DNA of 60,000 nt from Camelus dromedarius (Eukaryota). Positions within the stretch are counted from its first letter, which is position 1, and each line of letters opens with the position of its first letter. Below the pieces are notes generated by a model. The model saw only the letters and a program-made list of their open reading frames with translations. It was not told the DNA's origin and did no database searches. Where the stretch lies: the NCBI RefSeq assembly GCF_036321535.1, contig NC_087447.1:45572001-45632000 (forward strand), given 5' to 3'. Both the position numbers and the translations under genes were made by a program. Positions 1 through 13,659 of this stretch are shown in pieces.

Positions 1-2351
1 TCATATTTCTATAATTTCTTTAGATATTAAATTCCAGAAACACAAAGACACTTATGATCTTGTAGTGCCTAATGTCCATCTTACTGTTTCTCACATTTGT
101 ACTTTGACTTATCCTGACTCACTCCCTGAAAAGATCTTCCCAATCCCAAATGTTTGTTCCAACACACAGATCCTCAGGTTTTGTCATTTGAGTTCTGAGT
201 GGTCAGCTCTAAAGATGAGATGAGAACTCTTTAAAGGACCTCTTTCTTCCCTCATGCACTTTAGGCTTGTCTCAGATTAGAATGGAGCATTGAGAATATG
301 AAGAAGTACACTTTAGACAGAGATTTCCCAGTCACAAAGGACTCTTTCTACAGTCCGTTGCAGAATTTCTTTGGCAATGACTTTCCCTAATCCCTGGAGG
401 GAACCTTCTGTATTCCCCAAGGGAAAGATATTTAGGGCATTGGCCAGATTGCTGTAAAACCACTCCTCACTGTGAACTCCCTGTCATCGAAATCTTGAAG
501 ACATACTTTCAGCTTCGATGTTCTCAAGGGTGAGTCAACATTGTTGGGCTTGGAAAGGAACACAGAAACAGCCATACATTTGAGGATGGTACCAGTAAGT
601 TTTGTGGTGAAGCCCCAAATATCAGTCAGTGCATTTGATGTCTAGAAAGACAAAAGAAGAGTTATGCTCTAAGACTCCCTTTGGGAGGTATTGGGAGATA
701 TATCTTCCTTATGACCTGTTTCAAGTATACTGCTACAAGGGAACAATAGAATGTATAAGAGGCTGGAAACCCACTGGCAAGTCTTCTCCTTTTCTTAAAT
801 ACATCTTATATATCTACATCTTTTCTTAGATACATCTTGTGTACTTGAATCTATGAGTGGATTAATTCTCTCCCCCTCAAATAAGTCAAGCTAAGGTTGA
901 GGATGGTTCATTGAAAATAACGGCATAGAGAGAAAGCTGTGATATGAAGTGAGTCCAAAAAGATAGGGTGGCTTTCCTCATGTAAAGAAAAAAAAAAGTG
1001 ATAGGTTCAGTCAATAAACTCAAGGTTATTGAGACAAAAGTCAATATTTTCTAAATCACTGAACTATCAACCTTGAAAACATACTGCAAAACTTAAAATT
1101 AAAGAATTTGAGGAGTAATTAAAACATAATCTAAATTTTCAAAATTATTCATCTCAATCTTCTTATTAAATATTGCCTCTCTATGATGTGTTACCACCTT
1201 GATATGATCTGCATGTACCTAAAGGTATGAGATTTATTTGGGGAATAACAACCATCATTTTTGGACTAGCATGGAGTATGAATCTCAATGAGTTTTTGGT
1301 ATCAATCCTAACGTGGTTGCAGAAAGAGTAATATATAGATTTAACGCAAAATATGGTACTGTCTCCAACTTTGCTCTCCCTCTGATGACACTTATTAATA
1401 GCTATGTTAAGATCTACCTAATGGTAAACAGTAAGAGTTCCCTGAAGCAATTAGCTTATAGCCTATGCTTACAAATTGTGCAAATGAACTTCTGCCCCCT
1501 CTTCTCCTCAGCTGTAGCTAAGAATTGTTTGTCTGCAGCAGACAAAATAATGTTGACAATCTTCTAATACTGAATTATATATTTCCCAAATATTCACAAC
1601 GCATAATTTCTAGGAATCTTCAAGTTAAATAATTCGGTAAAGAGGGATGGGACTGCTAATGCAATCTACAGAACTCCAGAATGAATATAAAGTTCAATTA
1701 AATTTATTCAGAATTTGTGATAACATTATCCAAGTCTTTTCCTTTGTGCCCTGCAACAATTTCCATCACTAAATTTCTTTTTAACAGCACATTGCTATTT
1801 ATATCCAAAAACACGGTCTCCTGACAGGTACTGAATAAATGTGAGAAATAAAAATAAATAAATAGGACATGCTCTGAATACTGATGGATTTCAAATGCTT
1901 GTTTTATAATGCTTATTTTATTGCCCTAATTAGGACAGTACAAGTAATATTGCTGATTCTGACCATCCCAAGAGCTTGTGTCCTCACATCAGAAGTCTGA
2001 GGGGACAATTCACTTAGTTATAAAAACCCTAAAATAGCTCATATTGTATAAAACATTGTGCAAGGTTGAAGAGTGTGGTATGGCAAGATCATAGATACAT
2101 ACATAGCATGTGTAATGTTATTTTGAAAGTAGACTCTTCATTCGAAATCTCTAAGTATTCCCTCATCTTATTTATATTACTTCTTACACTTCCTCCATTT
2201 TTCAGTAAACTATTGGAAATTCATGAAGCCACATACAGAAGTACAAGAAGTCATCCAGTTCTCAGGGTTAGCCTAAAATAGAAATTGCCTGCTCAATTTG
2301 GTCTTCTTCAGCCATTGACAAAATGATGTCCTTGCTTCTTATGGTATCCCC

Positions 2352-2394
<43 letters not shown>

Positions 2395-2395
2395 T
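2352..2395. repeat. (TTTA)n microsatellite, probably the decayed poly(A) tail of the adjacent L1
   Basis: About 11 tandem TTTA units directly abutting a minus-strand L1 3' end. Confidence 0.9.
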
Positions 2396-2399
2396 AACT

Positions 2400-3096
2400 T
2401 AATATATTTGTATTGAAGTATAGTCAGTTTACAATGTTGTGTCAATTTCTGGTGTACAGCACAAAACTTTTTTGATTTGCATTTCTCTGATAATTAGTGA
2501 TATTGAGAATTTTTTCATGTGCCTCTTGGCCATTTGTATGTCTTCATTGGAGAATTGCTTGTTTAGGTCTTCTGACCATTTTTGGATTGTGTTGTTCGTT
2601 TTTTTCTTATTAAATTGTATGAGCTGTTTGTATATTCTGGAGATTAAGCCCTTGTCAGTATTACCTTTTGCAAATATTTTCTCCCATTCTGTAGGTTGTC
2701 GTTTTGTTTTGCTTATAGTTTCTTTCGCTGTGCAAAAGCTTATAAGTTGAATTAGGTCCCATTTGCTTTTATTTCTATTCTTGGGTAGACTGCCCTAGGA
2801 GAACATTGCTGAGATTTATGTGGATAAGGTTTTGCCTACGTTTTCTTCTAAGAAGTTTATAGTGTCTTGTCTTATGTTAAGTCTCTAAGCCATTTTGAGT
2901 TTATTCTTGTGTATGGTGTGAGGGAGTATTCTAACTTCTTTGATTTTCATGTAGCTGTCCAGTTTTTCCAACACCATTTGCTGAAGAGACTGTTTTTACT
3001 CCATTGTATGTTCTAGCCTCCTTTGTCAAAGATGAATTGACCAAAAGTTTGTGGGTTTATTTCCAGGCTCTCTATTCTGTTCCATTGATCCATATG
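2400..3096 (-). mobile_element. 5'-truncated LINE-1 fragment (ORF2 C-terminus plus 3' end)
   Basis: L1 3'-terminal motif tattgaagtatagtcagtttacaatgttgtgtcaatttctggtgtacagc at 2411. The antisense ORF 2439-2750 ([27 protein letters not shown]) is typical of the L1 ORF2 reverse strand, and it is homologous to 18667-19310 in this window. Confidence 0.92.
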
Positions 3097-3199
3097 TCTA
3101 AGCAAGCAGCAAATCTCTTACACCAGTTTGTCTCACCTTTAGTTTTAAGTCTCTTCAAAGCCCTGAGATATAGGGAAGCTGCACAAGCATAGGATTGTA

Positions 3200-3550
3200 T
3201 TTTTTTAATCCATGAAATTTATTAAAATGTAATTAACTCAGCATAGAATTCACCCACTTTTAGAACATTTTCAGAGTTCTTAAACCATTACCCTAACCTA
3301 ACTTTAGAAAATCCCAATCACTCCAAAAAGAAACCTTGTTCTTAGAGACACTCTATATTCCCATCCCCAGTCCTAGGTGACCACTTATCTAATGTCCTTC
3401 TGTATAGATATTCCAATCTCCATATTTCATGCAAATAAAACCACACAAGCATGTTCTTTTGTGTCTGACTTAAACTGAGCATAATGTTTTTGAGGTTCAC
3501 CCACGTTGTAGCACATATCACTACTTCATTTCTTTTTACTGCTGACAAGT
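3200..3550 (-). mobile_element. Old L1M 3' UTR fragment
   Basis: Minus-strand ORF 'SAVKRNEVVICATTWVNLKNIMLS' matches the end of L1 ORF2, followed by L1M-type 3' UTR. Confidence 0.75.
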
Positions 3551-6017
3551 TGGCTGTTGGATGTAAATGAAGACTTTTTCTTAATGAAGAGTTAATATTT
3601 ATCCATCAAAAGCAGTGATCATTTTCTAGTGTTATTTGCCTATGTTATAATATAGGCACAAAAAGAAGGAAGCAAAATTAAAAGACTGTTAAAGAGTTTC
3701 TTTTTCCTATTTAAACGTAATTGATATTAATGCTATGATTATCATCACCATCAACACTCTCACCACAATTATTAGCTATATAATCAGTTCATATTTAAAG
3801 TTTTTTCAGTCATCTCCATAATATTTAAATTTTTGGAGTTTTGCAGCCTTCCCAAATTAATATAATATAAACAGATCACTGTCAATCTTACCCAGCATTA
3901 CTGCATATACATTTATCTGTGGGATTTTTTGTTTTGTTTCTTTTCTTTTTTTTTTTTTTTTTTTGCATTGAGAGTCTAACGAAATAAATTAATATGTTAG
4001 AAAAACAAGCAAAATTTTGCTCATATATTTTATAGTTAGTAAAAGAGTATATATATATATAATATCTATATAGCTATATGATATTATTCACACAATAGAG
4101 GCATGAATTGCATAAAATTCCTCATAGGTGATGTGATTTAAAATCCTAGTTTGGAGAGAAAAATACTGTGAATGATAGTATAAAAGTAAGATTTACTTAC
4201 TTCCTTATAAAGTGATACAAGAAAATCATGAGTTTTATGGACTCTGGGGAGCCTCTAACGATAACTTTGACTGAGCAGACATGATTCTCATGGGGAAACC
4301 TCAAAATAATTCAGATACACTGGTGACTCCCCCCTCCCCCCACACACACACATAAGCACATAAATAACTGCCCACTCCTAGACAGAATTTTAGGAGCATT
4401 TCCCATACACTTATGGTCTTAAAGTACTGATCTACCTGGTAGAAATCTAGGTATATCTTCTGTTTCTAATTGGAATTCTAGGAAAAAAGAGGTTTTAAAA
4501 GGTAATTCTTAACCCTAGATTTCATTTCCTCTTCAAGTCTGTTTGATAATTAGATTAAAGACTTTGGAAGGTGGCTTTTTTTGGAGGCCTTTGGTTCACT
4601 ATACCTTTTCTAAAGATGTAAATTTCTCTCTGATTCACCACATTTCTAAAATGACCAATGAAGATATTAAATGCAAGCAACAGATTATCAGTAAACAGAT
4701 AGGATTCCATGTCATCATTATGGGAAAAATTCTTGGGATCTTATTTATAAAATTTATGATTTTCAAATTTCTCCTACTTGTTTCTGCAGACCACAACACA
4801 GATACAGGAGACATATTTGGTATTTAAATATAGCAAAGAAACATGAAACACTCAACTGAGAAATACTATTAATAACCAATATTTCTGAGAAGATTCTATA
4901 CACAGAGCTGGTTTTAAATTCTTAGTATGAATCATCTAATCTATCCTCACCAGACTCCTATGTTATATATACTATTAGTGTTTCCATTCACAATTTAGAT
5001 TTAAAACCTATCCTTGAAGAGAATAAATTTATCACGCAAGGCCATGCAACTATTGAACCCAAGTAAAACCTATTTTTTTATTTGTTTTTATGTAATGATA
5101 GAGTTAATTAAGGAAATCAACACCCAGTCTGGCAAAATTCATGGACTGCACACTTTCTTTTCTCCACTTAATTAATTTCTGTCCTGATGCTTAATAGTTA
5201 TCTCTGAGGAAAGTCACTTTACTTCTCTAAATCTGATACTTCATCTGAAAAATAAGAATAAACTAGAAATTTTTATAGGAGTTTCATAAACTTTATGCAG
5301 ATAATCTTAAAAAGTGTTATAGTCCTGGGGGGCATAGTATTATTCCTTTCAGTAGATGTTAGCTATCATTATAAATCACAGTTTCCTTGAAACAGGGAAA
5401 TAACCTTATTGAGAATAATGAAATATGCCCATGTAATTAACTGACCACAGTACAAGTAAAGTCATCTTTCAAAAGTATGAACGTGATCATATCATAGACC
5501 ATCTCAAAACTCACACACTCCTCACTTAAAATCAGTACCCTTACATTTATTATTTGGGAATTATATATAGAATGTCTTAAGATTACTTACTTTTGCAGCC
5601 TTATTTCATAATACCTCTTAAATCAAGCATTTATCCACATCCAAAATCTATTCTGCAAGTTATTATAGATTCCAAAACTTTTCATACTCCCCTTTGTCTC
5701 ATGGATTTTCTCCTTTCTTTCCTTTCTCACTTCACAACCGCATATAGGCATTTTTTTCATCCTTAGTATCTCAGCTTAAATGGTACCTCCCAGAGAGCTT
5801 TCTCCGATATCTGATACATTTCTTCCATAACATTAATCAGTCTATATTTGACCACAAAAACAGTGTCTAGAATGGGCAATTTTGTAAGAACATAATCATA
5901 TATACATATATACACACATACATATATTTAGAATAAATTTATCAATTTAATCAAACAGATCTTTATGGCATGATACTTTAGAAGATCATTTATCTAACTC
6001 CACACCATTAATATATT

Positions 6018-6135
6018 TCTTTTTTTGGTGGGAGTGGTAATTATTTTATTGATTTTTTTAATGGAGGTACTGGGGATTGAACCCAGGACCTTGTGGCTAA
6101 GCATGCACTCTACCACTGAACTATACCCACCCACC
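6018..6135 (-). mobile_element. tRNA-derived SINE, camelid vic-1-like
   Basis: Reverse complement reads gggtatagttcagtggtagagtgcatgcttagc...ggtcctgggttcaatccccagtacctcca with Pol III A and B boxes and an A-rich tail. A second copy is at 14877. Confidence 0.85.
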
Positions 6136-6865
6136 CCCCCACATAAAATATTTCAAAATTAAAAAAAAAAAACTTAATTCTGAGAGCAGAAGCAATGTAG
6201 TCAACATCATATCACTAGTGTCAGATGTAGGAATAGAGTATGGATTTCCTGAACCTTAGTCTTGCTCTTTGGTCCACACTTTGAAGATTAAGTTGAAAGA
6301 GAAAACAAATATAGAAAAGAGTGGAGCCAACATATTATTTTAGCCTGGCCCTGGGACTATGTATCAGTAGACAAAGATTCTAATTTAATCATTTAATCAT
6401 ATGAGGCTGTTTTCCCTGAAAGGATATGGACTCTGTAGGAATGACATTCATGTTTTCCCATTTCTGTCACTTGATGTCCTTAATGAGCATGAAGAGAGAG
6501 AACAAGTGTAAGAGGGAGGTTTTCCTACTTCCTACTTCTTCCCCTAAAGTTTAATCTTTAAACTAGCTTGAGGTGACCTCTCATAGCATTCATAACACAA
6601 ATTATATTAAAAATGGAAGACAAATTCAGAGACACTGGATACATATGATATTTCATGTACTGAGTAAAATAGTGCTATGTGGGGAAAGTAAATCACTAAT
6701 ATGAGTTTCATATTATAATTTGTGTATAAACTTTATGAGTGCCTGCATGTTTCTCTTTGATTGTAGCTTTGAAAAGGTGGTGAAGGGGATTTATGTAACC
6801 AGTATAAGCACATAATTTAGATTCTCTATGAAATAAAGATGGTGGTGATGGTGTGCTAATCCAGA

Positions 6866-6881
6866 CTCTCTCATTCTACAG
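6866..6881 (+). other. Splice acceptor of the OR coding exon
   Basis: ctctctcattctacAG ends 40 nt upstream of ATG 6921, the usual OR gene layout. Confidence 0.55.
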
Positions 6882-6920
6882 GCAAAATTCTACTGACTCC
6901 TATACTCCAAATCAGACATC

Positions 6921-7850
6921 ATGGAGTTTTTCAACAGTAACATCTACAAACCTTTTCTTCTGACTGGTTTCCCTGGCCTTGAAGACTCACATCCTGTGAT
7001 TTCCATTTTGTTTTGTGCCCTCTACCCAATTGCCCTGATGGGTAACACCACCATCTTAGTGTTTATTCAGGTGGAAGAGTCACTTCATGCACCCATGTAC
7101 CTTTTTCTCTCCATGCTGGCTGCTAGTGACCTGGGACTCTGTGCTGCCACCCTGTCCACCCTGCTCAAGCTTTTCTGGTTCGATATCCTTGAAATAGACT
7201 TTGCTTGCCTCATCCAGATGTTCTTCATCCATGTTTTCTCCCTAATGAAGTCTGGCATCCTGCTCACCATGGCTTTTGAACGCTACGTGGCCATCTCTAA
7301 TCCACTCAGGTACACTACTATTTTGACTAATTCCACGATTGCAAAGACAGGTGTGGGGCTTTTGCTATGGGCTGTGGCTGTTATCTTGCCAGGGCCCTTT
7401 CTCATTAAGTGACTGAGGTTTTGTAAGGCCAGTGTGCTCTCCCATTCATACTGCCTGCACCCAGATATTATCAAACTCTCTTGTTCTGACCACCGCATGA
7501 ATAGCAGCTATGGCCTCATCATCCTCCTCACCACCTTTGGAGTGGACTCTGTACTTATTCTCCTCTCTTACTTGAAGATTCTGGTCACTGTGCTAGGTAT
7601 TGCCTCCCGGGAAGAACAATTCAAGGCCCTTAATACTTGTGTCTCCCACATCTGTGCTGTGCTGCTGGTCTACATCCCCATTATGGGTATATCCATTATC
7701 CATCGCTTTGGAAAACATGTTCCTCCTGTGGTGTACATTATCATGGGCTATATTTATCTATTGTTTCCTCCTGTTCTCAACCTTATTGTATATTGCATTA
7801 AAACCTGAGAGATATGCACCCGTATTCTGGGTAATCTACTGAAATTATAG
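6921..7850 (+). pseudogene. Class I olfactory receptor, OR51 family, pseudogene
   Basis: Motifs LHAPMYLFLSML, MAFERYVAISNPLRY, LSHSYCLHPD, KALNTCVSH, HRFGKH. In-frame TGA at 7410-7412 and 7806-7808; the frame continues to TAG at 7848-7850. One codon (D of FDAC) is missing relative to the paralog at 55001. Confidence 0.95.
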
Positions 7851-9089
7851 CAGAGAGGACTTTAAGGTCATTTATATATTTCTGGAATAAATGCTAGGAA
7901 ATTCACTTCTAGCTTGGGCTAGAAAACATGTATCACTGAGAAATAGTCCTATGTTTACAATCCTCATGCACATGTTTTCTCTCTCACTATTCTGGAAGTT
8001 TTCGAAAATAGCAACAATATCTTATGGCTTTTCATTTTCCTCAAGTAACTCATCTAAAATAGATGATAAATAATTGTACAAATAAAGGGTAGGTTCTCAA
8101 TAATCTCTATGGTCAGAAAGCCCTCAATGTCCACAGAAATCCATGAATTTGTTGAAATATTTGAAATGTAAAACATAAGGCATCCAGTATAGAACATGAC
8201 TCCATGTAGTATGCAATGTAACTTTTTGAAATATCTTCCACAAATGTATTTTTCATGATTTTTTACTATACATCCTTAAAATTGTATTTAATTTTCTCAG
8301 CTTTCACTTTGGGGAGTTTTATCCCATTTAGATATTGCTTTACAAAAATATTCTTTTATTTTACCACAAATATGTCCCAACTTCTCTGACATCTATTGAT
8401 AGACATACATATAAGACTTGGAAAACTAGATTAAAAAAAGATTGAAATCAGACATTAACTGATACATTGACATGCCAAGTTGTACTTTTTGTCTCAGATT
8501 TGTAAATGCTGATCAGAATTCTGTTAATTTATGAAATTGTGTAATTAAATTTAAATATAGACTAACTCTTAGTAGTTGTTGGAGATTGTGTCACTAAGAA
8601 TATTTATGAGAAAAAAGTTACATTTTATTTAGGCAGCTCCCACTTTAAATAATTTTTGCCTCTAAGGAGTCATTAAAATAATATAAAAATAGAGAAATAA
8701 TAGCACTGTTTCAGGTAATCTGCATTGGCAGCACGCTCTGCCAAGAATGAAAAGGAGATGTTTCATGAACCAGTATATCAACTTCTCAGCAGCTGTCTAG
8801 GGCCTTACATAGTCCTCATTTTCACATTTTGCTGATTGCATAGGGCTTTTCTAGATCTACTTTAGAAAAACATGAAAGTCAAAATGTTTCATAATTTTAT
8901 GCTTACATGGCATAGTTTTCTGGACAAGCATATGCAATTTAAACTATTTCTGAAAGATGGTATAATAAAGTAGGAGCTTGTAAATTTAACTCATTTTCTC
9001 ACCTGTGTCTCTAAAGAATCTAATGCCAGCCCACCTCACGCTCAGTCTAGACTCTCTGGAAAATAGATGGATGTTTTATTCCATTGTTA

Positions 9090-9290
9090 CTTTAGAGAGT
9101 CAGAAAGTATATCAGTGGTTTCCTAAGCTTGGGGATGAGAATGGAAAGTTATTGCTAATGGACTTAAGGTTCATTCTGGGAGTGATGGAAGTATCCTAAA
9201 GTTAGTGTGGTAATAATTGAACAAGTCTTTAAATACCATAAAAATATCAAAATGTACACTTAAATTGGGTGTATTTTATGGTATAAGTTA
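9090..9290 (+). mobile_element. Old L1M 3'-end fragment
   Basis: gaaagtatatcagtggtttcc...ttattgctaatgg...tgtacacttaaattgggtgtattttatggtat resembles an L1MB/ME terminus. Confidence 0.65.
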
Positions 9291-9551
9291 AGTCCAAAGG
9301 CAGGAAATGACCCATATTCCAGCTCAGTCAGACAAGAGAATAAGACTGTTACTCAGGTTTTTGTTCTATTTAGGTCTTCAACTGGTTGGATGTGGTCCAC
9401 CCAAATTAGGGAGAGCAACCTGCTTTACTCAGTGGAACAGCTGTTGAGCTCATGCAGAAATATCTTCACAGACACACCAGGATAATGTTTGAACAGATTG
9501 CTGGGCACCCTCTGGCCCACTTAAGAGGACATATTAAAATTAACCATCACA
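9290..9551 (-). mobile_element. MLT2 (ERV-L) LTR, partial
   Basis: Reverse strand begins TGTGATGGTTAATTTTAATATGTC...GGGTGCCCAG...AAACATTATCCTGGTGTGTCTGTGAAG, the MLT2 5' end. Confidence 0.8.
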
Positions 9552-10159
9552 ATGTTGGATTCCTTTTAAATTCTCAAGAAACAGATATTATTATCTGGAT
9601 GTTAAGAAATTATTAAAAGAGCTAAGGAAACTAGATTTCTCTGATAATAGTTCTGCAGGCTTGGGAAATTCACCCTGCCATGGAGACATAATGATATAAA
9701 TTGCATACTTCAAGGTAGTGACCACTACCATCAGTACCACCACTACCTCCACTTTCTTTGGCAATGATTCCAGGATCAATAAGGAGTATCAGGATCATTA
9801 ATTAATTTTCCTAGGTACCTATTTCAATAAAATATTTTTTCTAGAAATCAAAGGTATATATTTTAGTGGCCAAGAAAGTAGGATTTCCCACTACCCATAA
9901 TAGGTTGACATTTTGGCTTACAAATATAATATAAGACTGCATACTGAACACAAGTTCTTTTGAGTCCTGCTATTTGGGGCTAGATTTTAGACCTAAAAAT
10001 TGAAGTAATAGATCCTAAACTGTACTGATCTAAGTAAGAAAATGGCAAATTGCATGCTGAGAGTGGATTCTATATTATCAACTGAATTAGAAATATATTA
10101 GTATTTAAAGTCTTAGAGATCACATTCTTTGATAGTTTGGTCACACCAAAGACTAAAAC

Positions 10160-10770
10160 AATAAAATCAAATAACAGGCAACCTAGGGATAAAGGACAGA
10201 CTTGGCAACACATGGTGCTGGAACAACTAGACATGTACCTATAAAAAATGTATCTAGACACTAATCTAACAGTTTTACAAAATGTAACTCAAATGGATAA
10301 TAGTCTTGAATGTGAAACTCAATACTATAAAATTACTAGTAGATAACATAGGATAAGAATCTAGGTGGCCTTGGGTTTAGTTTTTAGATATGACAACAGA
10401 AATATGATCCATGATAGAAAAGTGGTAAGTTAGACTCTATTAGAATTTAAACATTCTTCCCTGTAGGGCAGTGTAACTATTATATATGATACTGTAATGA
10501 TAGATACATGTCATTATAGGTTTGTCAAAACTCACTGAATGTACAACAGAAACAGTGAAACCTAATGTAAACTATGGATATAAGCTAATAATGTGTCAAT
10601 ATTGGCTCATTAGTTGTAATGAATGTATTACACTAATGTAAAATGTTAATAATAGACAAAACTGGATGGGTGGGGTTAAAGGGATACACATGAACTCTGT
10701 ACTTCCTGCTTAACTTTTCTGTAAACCCAAAACTGTTCTATAAGTTATGTATGTTAATTTTGTAAAAGCT
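10160..10770 (+). mobile_element. L1MC-type fragments (late ORF2 and 3' end)
   Basis: atggtgctggaacaactagac...agataacatagga, then gatactgtaatgatagatacatgtcattata...cctaatgtaaactatgga. Confidence 0.75.
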
Positions 10771-11399
10771 TCATTAGAAAAGTTGGGAGTTATTAAAATA
10801 TTGTTACACTTTACTTTTAGTAAAACTTTAAAATATCCAAATAAAGGACACACGGTAATCTACTGATTGTACCAAAATAGCCTAATAGTTTGGCTTTGTC
10901 GTAAAAGATGTTCATGTTGCAGAAAAGTCACGTAATAGGAAAACTCCTTATGTTTTATAGTATTCTCTAAGGATTCACAGGGAGCTGGCAAAAAAAAAGT
11001 GCAGAATTGTTGCTCAGAAACTGGTCTTGGAGGGAAAATTATCAAATGCAGTTTAAAACTGGAAAACATAACTTCACAAGTATGAAAGATAAATTTAGTC
11101 AACTAATCCAAATACTGATTGTGGGTCTCAAGGTAAAAGCAGTCACTCAGTGTGTAAAATACCCAAAAGACTTCTCAGCCTAGAGGTTACTCCCTGGGCT
11201 GTTTTTATAGGCATCTATGTACAATACAGATGCATCTATAAGTATATATATTCCTAAATCCGTATAAGCTAGACATGACTTTTTTCACCCAGACCTAGGA
11301 ATATCACTGTTGGAAGGACTGAGAGGAAATTCAAGATCTGTCTTTTAATGTTCCAAATGGTTTAGAAAAACTATGCACCTAAAAGGTAAATTAGAACAG

Positions 11400-11640
11400 T
11401 TCAGTGGTTAAAGTTGGGTTCTCCAATTAAGATCATTGGATTTTAAACCAGTCTTTATTTACCCATTAGCAATGCGACCTTGGAAAAGTCCTTAAAGTGC
11501 CTGAGTTCCTTTCTGTGTAAAACTGGGATATTAACAACAGTTGTGACTGTTAAATTGATTAATCAATGTAAAGTGGTTAGAATAGTTTTTAAGAAGGTAT
11601 TTCGTACATTATAAGGATTGATAAATATTTGCAAATATCA
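11400..11640 (+). mobile_element. MIR SINE, degenerate
   Basis: Core-like gcgaccttggaaaagtccttaaagtgcctgagttcctttctgtgtaaaactgggata. Confidence 0.6.
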
Positions 11641-13166
11641 TTTTCACCTTTATTGCTCTATTGCCCATTCCTGTGCTGATATCTGATATGCCTTCTAAGG
11701 AAACATGCTGACATTTTCTGTGTGGTTGTTATACTGCAAAGCTCGGCACTACCACCACCACTCTGATAAATAAAGCAAAGCTTCTGTATTGCGAGGTTAA
11801 TAACTTTGTGGTTCTCCTCCACAGCTTAATGAAATAACCATTCAACAAGTCTCTCTTAGAGTTTTCATTAAAAGCCACTTTACCTATTCTATGTGTCTAC
11901 TTCTTGATGAGAATTTTTTTTGACAGGTGACATGGCTTACTTTATTAGGAAATTTTGGCACAATTTTCAATAATTTGACTAATTTTTTTTCTTTTGTCTT
12001 CATTATTCCTACCCTACTGATCCTTCATTTTGCAGGGATTTGAGGAGATATACAACATTTTAAAATTATTTTATTTTAAATATTATTAAATATTTGATAA
12101 CATTCTTTACTTGAAATGTCAGGAAGTTCTTGTGATTTCCCCCATTTAACTTCTAAAAGCTTAAATGTTTCATCTTGGTGGTTGTCATGACTTATTTATA
12201 TAGTTAGGCTAACTGGTGAGAACTTTGGTCTTTTCTTCCCCACCTGAATTTTATTCAAGGGGAAGAGGGAGAGAGAGAGAGGATGATAAATATGTGTTGA
12301 TAAGTGATAATGGTTCCTACTTCCTTGATAAAGGTTGGGTATGCAAAAAGGCTAGATATCTTGAAATGCAGGGTAGTTTTCCATCTGCTTGATAGTGTGA
12401 CAGCCTCATATGAAAAGCAAAGCCTTGTGCAGATTCCAGATTTTCATGCTTCTTTTTAGATGAAATAGTATTTATTATCCGTAACTTTGAAACTCCCTAA
12501 GAGTTGCCATCAAAAAGTGCTCATATACATATATGGTGCCTTTGCCATGAGTACTGCTTTTGATTACAAACTTGACTATTGCATTAATGTTCTATAAGAC
12601 TGAAGAATGGATAATTTTATATTTGAGAATTTTTAAAGAAAATCTATCATATTTTATAATTTTTGATATATTACAAGTAAGAACTCCTGCTATTAAGAGA
12701 AATTTGCTAAAATTTGATCTTATTCTCTTGTTGGTGAATATGAAAATTGCAGTCATCCTACTCTGTGGAAGTTTCTTTAAAATGATAGGTATTGAATAAT
12801 GTTGGACCTTGATGTTTTTCCAGTGACTTTCTTGTTCTGAATGAGAACATTCTGTACTCTGAAATTTTTATTTGTTTTCCTTGACTCCATTCATTATCCT
12901 TGAGACATAGGCTTATTATGATATGGATAATATTACAACCTTTGTACAGCAATTATAATGTCATATTAATTCAAACATTATCTTTAAGGGTTCAAGTGAG
13001 AGGCACATAAGTGAAATTTTATTCCTTTATTGCAGAAAAATTAGGCCAAGGGAAAATATCTCATCTCTTCAGGATGGGAAACAAGAATTCAAGTCTTCAT
13101 GCTGCCTCACATTACATGTATCAATCTACCATCCAATCTATCTTCTCTCATTCAATTTGTCCATTG

Positions 13167-13238
13167 AAGAATGGAATATTAGAAATTGACACAACATTGT
13201 AAACTGACTATAACTCAATGAAAAAGAACAGAATATTA
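13167..13238 (+). mobile_element. Very short (~42 nt) L1 3'-end insertion with target-site duplication
   Basis: agaaattgacacaacattgtaaactgactataactcaat is the reverse complement of the L1 end at 2411-2450. It is flanked by aagaatggaatatta and aagaacagaatatta. Confidence 0.8.
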
Positions 13239-13659
13239 AATACTCTAATTGTCTGTTCAATGTTACAAAGAAAAAGGAAAGAAAAATTACTTTTTGGTAT
13301 TTAAAAATTGATTATCAATTTAGAAAGGCAAAAACTATGTAAGTAGAACAGTTAAAAGTTCAAAAGGCTTTGTATGCATAAAAGTATGCATGTAGTTATA
13401 ACGATTTTGGCATTACAAAAAATAAGATTCTTACTTTTTGATTCACTTTTTTCAGAAAGAAAAAGATGTCCCATAAGAAAGAAGTGGTTTTCCAATTATC
13501 ATTCAAGAATTTAGTGCCTTTTCTCAGACTGCTTTATTCTCCAAAATCATGCCAGAATTAAAGGTCAAGATTTTACTAAGATGAAGGAATAAATGCTCTT
13601 TTTTGACTGTTATTTACTCTAGCTCTCTTCTGTTTTTTCATGTAACAGATCTTGGCCAC

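Noticed and set aside
7410..7415. TGA-CTG stop context resembling a readthrough signal
   Set aside because: The gene has a second stop, a missing codon and motif substitutions. CpG decay explains the TGA without invoking readthrough.
7085..7498. Antisense and alternative-frame ORFs over OR genes (also 13638-14024, 13877-14332, 20661-20996, 54096-54410)
   Set aside because: They are shadow ORFs of OR coding sequence with no independent protein signal.
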